Made by a program: the position numbers and the translations under genes. From an uncultured Alistipes sp. (lineage in GTDB: Bacteria > Bacteroidota > Bacteroidia > Bacteroidales > UBA932): a stretch of 64,000 nt of DNA. The notes beneath the pieces were generated by a model. That model was not told the origin of the DNA. It made no database searches and worked only from the letters and a program-made list of their open reading frames with translations. Below, in pieces: positions 59,605 through 64,000 of the stretch; position 1 is the stretch's first letter, and each line of letters opens with the position of its first letter. The stretch lies in assembly GCA_900550465.1 (NCBI GenBank), contig URSC01000004.1, positions 76,507 to 140,506 of the forward strand. Direction: 5' to 3'.

Positions 59605-60705
59605 ATGCTGACAAAGTTTGCAGTTACAAATTACCGTGGTTTCAAGGACCGGATAGAGTGGGATTTATCTCACCCGAGCAACTACGAGTTCAACACTCAC
59701 GTCATAAAGGACGGTGTGGTAAAGAACGGTATTGTGTATGGTCCGAACGGGTCCGGAAAGACTAATTTCAGCCTGGCGTTGTTCGACATTGAGAATCATT
59801 TGTCTCAGAAATGGAAAAAGCAGGATTATTACCAAAATTTCATTTATGCAGGAAGGGAAAACCTGACTGTGGATTTTGAGTACACATTTAGGTTCGGCAA
59901 GGATCTGATTCAGTATGACTATTCTAAAAATGCTGCCGGTCTTTTGGTGTCTGAAAAATTGAATGTGAATGGTTCGGATATTTTTAAAAAAGGAGTGGGC
60001 ACATTTGAGATGTACAGTCCCTTATTTCCTGTCGGGCCATCTGTCGAGGAGAATATCAAGGCCAATGCGAATAACATTTCTATAATAAATTATCTGCTGA
60101 CATCTTATCCCTTGAATGCAGATAATTACTTGATCAAACTGCAGCAGTTCGTCGGCTCAATGTTGTGGTTCCGTAATCTGGATATCCGGGAGTTTATAGG
60201 TCTGGACAACAGTGTAACAATGCTGGATGAATACATCATATCAAATAAGTTGATGGACGATTTTGCAGAATTTTTGGAGAAGGTCAGTGGACAGAATTTT
60301 GAGTTTGTTTCGGACCAGACGGGCAAGTTGCTGTTCTGTAAAATCAATAAGGCAGTAGTGCCGTTCCAGGTAATTGCATCGACTGGAACAAGGTCGTTAC
60401 AGTTGCTGTATTTTTGGATACATAAGATGAAAGACTCAGCCTCATTCGTATTCATAGACGAATTTGATGCCTTCTATCATTTTAAATTGGCTTTCGAGGT
60501 GTGCCGACGGTTGTTTTCCTTGAATTGCCAGGTGTTCACTTCGTCGCATAATACGTACTTGATGACGAATGACCTGCTGCGTCCTGACTGCAACTTCATC
60601 TTGAACAATAATAAAATCAAGCCGTTAAGTGAATGTACGGACAAAGAACTTCGTTTCGGTCACAATATAGAGAAATTATTTAGAGGGGGGACATTTGAGG
60701 TATGA
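59605..60705 (+). CDS. ABC-type (AAA_21-like) ATPase, second copy (AbiLi/AriA-like)
   Basis: NYRGF, Walker A GPNGSGKTN, FVFIDEFDAFYH Walker B, and SSHNTYLM. Own TATATTTG promoter box about 30 bp upstream. Confidence 0.65.
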   Translation: MLTKFAVTNYRGFKDRIEWDLSHPSNYEFNTHVIKDGVVKNGIVYGPNGSGKTNFSLALFDIENHLSQKWKKQDYYQNFIYAGRENLTVDFEYTFRFGKDLIQYDYSKNAAGLLVSEKLNVNGSDIFKKGVGTFEMYSPLFPVGPSVEENIKANANNISIINYLLTSYPLNADNYLIKLQQFVGSMLWFRNLDIREFIGLDNSVTMLDEYIISNKLMDDFAEFLEKVSGQNFEFVSDQTGKLLFCKINKAVVPFQVIASTGTRSLQLLYFWIHKMKDSASFVFIDEFDAFYHFKLAFEVCRRLFSLNCQVFTSSHNTYLMTNDLLRPDCNFILNNNKIKPLSECTDKELRFGHNIEKLFRGGTFEV

Positions 60706-61460
60706 TACTGTTTGTGTTTGAGGGAGAGAGGAGCGAACCGAGGTTGTTCCGTACGATAGAGCAGCTTTACTTTCGTGGGGAAGATGTTATACTGTGTTCG
60801 TACGGTAATGACATATACGAACTTTATCGTGAGATGAGGTCATTAGGAGATGGCGCAGATATCGTTGCGGTTTTGAAAAATAAAGGAAAGGAAGGCCTGG
60901 AGGAAGTTGCCCGGGTCTCTGATTTTTCCGAGGTATATTTGTTTTTCGACTACGACATTCATGATGTCAAAGTCCCTGTTTCTGAATTTAATACGAGGCT
61001 TCAAAGTATGTTGAATCTCTTCGATGATGAGACGGGTAATGGCAAATTGTATGTTAATTATCCTATGATAGAATCATTGAGGTATACAAAGCGGTTGCCG
61101 GATGATGAGTATGTCCGTTATTCAGTGAGCAGGGAAGAATGCCGCGATTTCAAGCGTAGGGCCGATGAGTTCAGTTATTATCCTAATTGGGATTTTATAC
61201 TGTTGAGGAACAAACGGCTCGGAATGGAAAAGCATACGGCGGAAGTCAGTGCTAGCTGGGAGTATTTGAAGGAGCAGAATGTCAAAAAGGCTAATTACAT
61301 CTGCAGCGGAGGGTATGAATGGCCGGCAACTAAAGAAGAAGTGGCTCAAATGAATATTTTTCTGAAACAGAAGGCGAAGTATCAATCAGGAGCCGATTGT
61401 AGGATACCTGTTTTGAATACTTTGCCGATATTTCTGTATGACTATTTCAAAAGAATCTGA
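60702..61460 (+). CDS. Toprim-like partner protein (RloB/AriB-like), second copy
   Basis: FVFEGERSEPRLF (EGxxSE) and FFDYDIHD (DxD), the same motif layout as 52507-53199. ATGA overlap with the ATPase gene. Confidence 0.55.
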   Translation: MILFVFEGERSEPRLFRTIEQLYFRGEDVILCSYGNDIYELYREMRSLGDGADIVAVLKNKGKEGLEEVARVSDFSEVYLFFDYDIHDVKVPVSEFNTRLQSMLNLFDDETGNGKLYVNYPMIESLRYTKRLPDDEYVRYSVSREECRDFKRRADEFSYYPNWDFILLRNKRLGMEKHTAEVSASWEYLKEQNVKKANYICSGGYEWPATKEEVAQMNIFLKQKAKYQSGADCRIPVLNTLPIFLYDYFKRI

Positions 61461-61518
61461 ATTTGGAGTTATCCCCCGAAAACACTAAGTTTGCCCCGCA
61501 TTTTAAAGGAACCGTTAT

Positions 61519-62655
61519 ATGAAAAAACACATCGTGACGATAATGGCGTTGATGGCGCTGGTGACAGTGGGGGCTGGGGCGCAGGCTCCTGAGGCTCAGG
61601 AGGTAAAATCTATGCTTAGGCTTGTGGCTGACTGGGAGAGGGCGAATCATCTGATAGATGAGGGGGAGCACGGCGATCTGGCCTGGACGCAGGCGGCGCT
61701 GTATGTGGGGATGCTGGACTGGGCCGAGGTGGCCGAGAAGGAGGATGGTGATGACAGCTATTATCAGTGGATAAGGAGGATAGGGCGGAGAAACAGCTGG
61801 CAGACGGGGAAGATGATGTATCATGCGGACGATATTGCGGTGTCGCAGGCGTGGCTTGCCATGTATGAGAAATACCGGGAGCGCAATATGCTGCTGCCGA
61901 CACTGGCGCGGACGGAGTTCGTGCTCAGGTATCCCTCGTGCAGCACTCTCGAACTGGACTATACGGATGGGGCGACTCTCGAGCGCTGGTCCTGGTGCGA
62001 CGCGCTGTTCATGGCTCCTCCGGTGTATGCGAGGATGTATGTCCTGACCGGAAGGCCGGAGTTCCTGGAGTTCATGGACCGTGAGTACAAGGCTACCTAT
62101 GAATATCTGTACGATAAGGAGGCCCGGCTCTTCTACCGCGACTGGCGGTATTTCGACAACGTGGAGGCCAACGGCGAGAAGGTCTTCTGGGGCCGCGGCA
62201 ACGGCTGGGTATTAGGCGGCCTTGCGGAGCTGCTGCAGATTCTCCCGGAGACAAACGCCTACAGGGATTTCTACGAGGACCTTTTCGTGAATCTGGCCGC
62301 GAGACTGGCCGGGCTTCAGAGTCCTGACGGCTACTGGCATGCGAGCCTGCTGGATCCGGCGTCCTATCCCTCGCCCGAGACCAGCGCGACCGGCTTTATC
62401 GTCTACGGCCTGGCCTATGGGGTAAACGCCGGACTTCTCGATGCGGCGACTTTCACCCCGGTGATTCTCAAAGGCTGGAAGGCCCTGACCGATGCCGTGG
62501 AGCCGGACGGCAAGCTCGGCTGGGTACAGCCCATCGGCGCGGACCCCAAGAAGGTAACCCGCGAGATGACCGAGGTCTACGGTGTCGGGGCGTTCCTGGC
62601 TGCAGGAGTTCAGGTCTATACGATGTTGAGCGGTGCCGGGGACAATGGAAGATAG
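61519..62655 (+). CDS. Glycoside hydrolase family 88/105 (unsaturated glucuronyl/rhamnogalacturonyl hydrolase-like)
   Basis: Signal peptide and an (alpha/alpha)6 YteR-like sequence (WSWCDALFMAPP, GRGNGW). GC-rich again. Confidence 0.7.
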   Translation: MKKHIVTIMALMALVTVGAGAQAPEAQEVKSMLRLVADWERANHLIDEGEHGDLAWTQAALYVGMLDWAEVAEKEDGDDSYYQWIRRIGRRNSWQTGKMMYHADDIAVSQAWLAMYEKYRERNMLLPTLARTEFVLRYPSCSTLELDYTDGATLERWSWCDALFMAPPVYARMYVLTGRPEFLEFMDREYKATYEYLYDKEARLFYRDWRYFDNVEANGEKVFWGRGNGWVLGGLAELLQILPETNAYRDFYEDLFVNLAARLAGLQSPDGYWHASLLDPASYPSPETSATGFIVYGLAYGVNAGLLDAATFTPVILKGWKALTDAVEPDGKLGWVQPIGADPKKVTREMTEVYGVGAFLAAGVQVYTMLSGAGDNGR

Positions 62656-63040
62656 GCGGAGGATAGAGGTGGTGGCGGCGGTCATCCATAAAGACGGCCG
62701 CATCCTGGCGACTCAGCGCGGTTACGGGGAGTTCAAGGACAAGTGGGAGTTCCCTGGCGGCAAGATGGAGGCGGGAGAGAGCCGGGAGGAGGCTCTGAGG
62801 CGGGAAATCCGGGAGGAACTGGATGCGGAAATCCACATTGACAATTTCCTCTGTACGGTGGAGTACGACTATCCATCATTTCACCTGACGATGCACTGCT
62901 ATCTCTGCACTGTCGCGTCAGGAGTGCTGACGCTCAAGGAGCATGAATCGGCCGGCTGGCTTTCGGCCGGAGCTCTGGAGTCAGTCGACTGGCTGCCTGC
63001 CGACATACAGATCATTCCTATCATAAGAAAGTGCCTGTAA
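62645..63040 (+). CDS. NUDIX hydrolase (MutT/CTP pyrophosphohydrolase-like)
   Basis: Nudix box GGKMEAGESREEALRREIREELD. Confidence 0.8.
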   Translation: MEDRRRIEVVAAVIHKDGRILATQRGYGEFKDKWEFPGGKMEAGESREEALRREIREELDAEIHIDNFLCTVEYDYPSFHLTMHCYLCTVASGVLTLKEHESAGWLSAGALESVDWLPADIQIIPIIRKCL

Positions 63041-63196
63041 TACAGTTGCTCCGGTATAACTTACGGGGTGGCGCCGATGTTACATAACGGTTAAAATACC
63101 GTTACATCGGGATGAAACCTGACGGCGGGTCTTGCACACTCCGCAGAGGCCAGTATCTTTGCGGCCTGCCGGGACAAATCCTGGCTGAATACAGAG

Positions 63197-64000
63197 ATGA
63201 ACCGTAAAAAGATTCTTATTTCCGTATTTACTGCAATGCTCACTGCCGGGTTGGCTCAAGCTCAGCGGGTCAAGGGCAGCGACACTCTTCTTCCACTTAC
63301 ACAAGAACTTGCTGAAGAATATCTCGAGGAGCATCCCGAGGGGGAGGTCATCGTCACCGGCGGCGGCTCAGGGGTCGGCATAGCGGCTCTGATGGAGAAT
63401 ACGACCGATATCGCCATGGCCTCGAGACGCATCAAGTTCGGGGAGAAAATGAAGTTCGCCGAGGCCGGTCTGGAGGCCAGGGAGGTCATCGTGGCTTACG
63501 ATGCCCTGGCGGTGGTGGTCAATCCCTCCAATCCTGTCACTCAGCTTACCCGCGAGCAGCTCGAGGGCATTTTCAGGGGCAAGATTACCAACTGGAAGGA
63601 GGTGGGCGGAGAGGATTGTAAGATAGTGGTCTACTCCCGCGAGACGTCCTCCGGTACCTATGAGTTCTTCAAGGAAAGCGTCCTGGACAATAAGAACTAC
63701 ATGAGCAGCATCCTCTCGATGCCCGCGACCGGGGCCATCATCCAGTCGGTCAAGCAGACCAAGGGCGCCATCGGCTATATCGGACTGGCCTACCTCAACA
63801 GGTATGTGAAGCCTCTGGCGGTGTCCTACGACGGAGGCGGGCATTATGCGGTGCCCTCTGTGGAGACAGCGGCCGACGGCTCCTATCCTATAGTCCGTCC
63901 GCTGTATTACTACTATGATGCGACCAGGGAGCAGGCTGTAAGCTCCTTCATATCATACGCCCTTTCCCCTGCAGGACAGCAGTCGGTCCTCGAGCAGGGT
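63197..64000 (+). CDS. Phosphate ABC transporter substrate-binding protein PstS-family, 3'-truncated by window end
   Basis: Signal peptide MNRKKILISVFTAMLTAGLAQA. TGGGSGVG ... SRE..SGT motifs of PBP-like PstS. No stop before nt 64000. Confidence 0.7.
   Translation, partial: MNRKKILISVFTAMLTAGLAQAQRVKGSDTLLPLTQELAEEYLEEHPEGEVIVTGGGSGVGIAALMENTTDIAMASRRIKFGEKMKFAEAGLEAREVIVAYDALAVVVNPSNPVTQLTREQLEGIFRGKITNWKEVGGEDCKIVVYSRETSSGTYEFFKESVLDNKNYMSSILSMPATGAIIQSVKQTKGAIGYIGLAYLNRYVKPLAVSYDGGGHYAVPSVETAADGSYPIVRPLYYYYDATREQAVSSFISYALSPAGQQSVLEQG

Overview
This 64-kb window looks like a Bacteroidales chromosome segment, judged from its gene families, TAnnTTTG-type promoter motifs and roughly 58-60% GC outside one island. 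Most of it is ordinary housekeeping and glycan-utilisation coding sequence: GH92 mannosidase, GH89 NAGLU, a UvrA paralog, pepT, zupT, an OPT transporter, ftsY, pheT, deoC, dtd, purD, purM, rlmI, an AmmeMemoRadiSam system, an MFS transporter and vsr. There is also a 23S-5S rRNA pair with no 16S, and a tRNA-Cys.

Four things stand out:
1. A sharply AT-rich ~10.8-kb island (about 50.7-61.5 kb) packed with defence genes, between the GC-rich vsr and a GC-rich GH88/105 gene. It holds an AbiL-like ABC-ATPase + RloB/Toprim pair, an uncharacterised zinc-ribbon + single-TM protein pair, a Dcm + McrB-like GTPase + LlaJI/McrC-like nuclease restriction module, a solo HNH_2 nuclease, and a second ABC-ATPase + Toprim-like pair. 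No integrase is present.
2. An NVEALA-motif, signal-peptide-bearing 6-Cys peptide gene flanked by a TlpA-like CxxC lipoprotein and a BF3164-type 6-bladed beta-propeller lipoprotein. A second propeller paralog is cut by the window start.
3. Non-coding repeat structure: an array of CCTTCGGAAGG palindromic hairpins at 0.5-1.1 kb, two copies of a ~173-bp element with conserved inverted termini (723-896 and 12922-13094), and a 23-bp x5.5 tandem repeat at 14.45-14.58 kb.
4. The 23S-5S operon is unlinked from any 16S gene and has its own promoter.

Many of the long GC-rich alternative-frame ORFs in the six-frame track are artefacts and are listed under rejected items.
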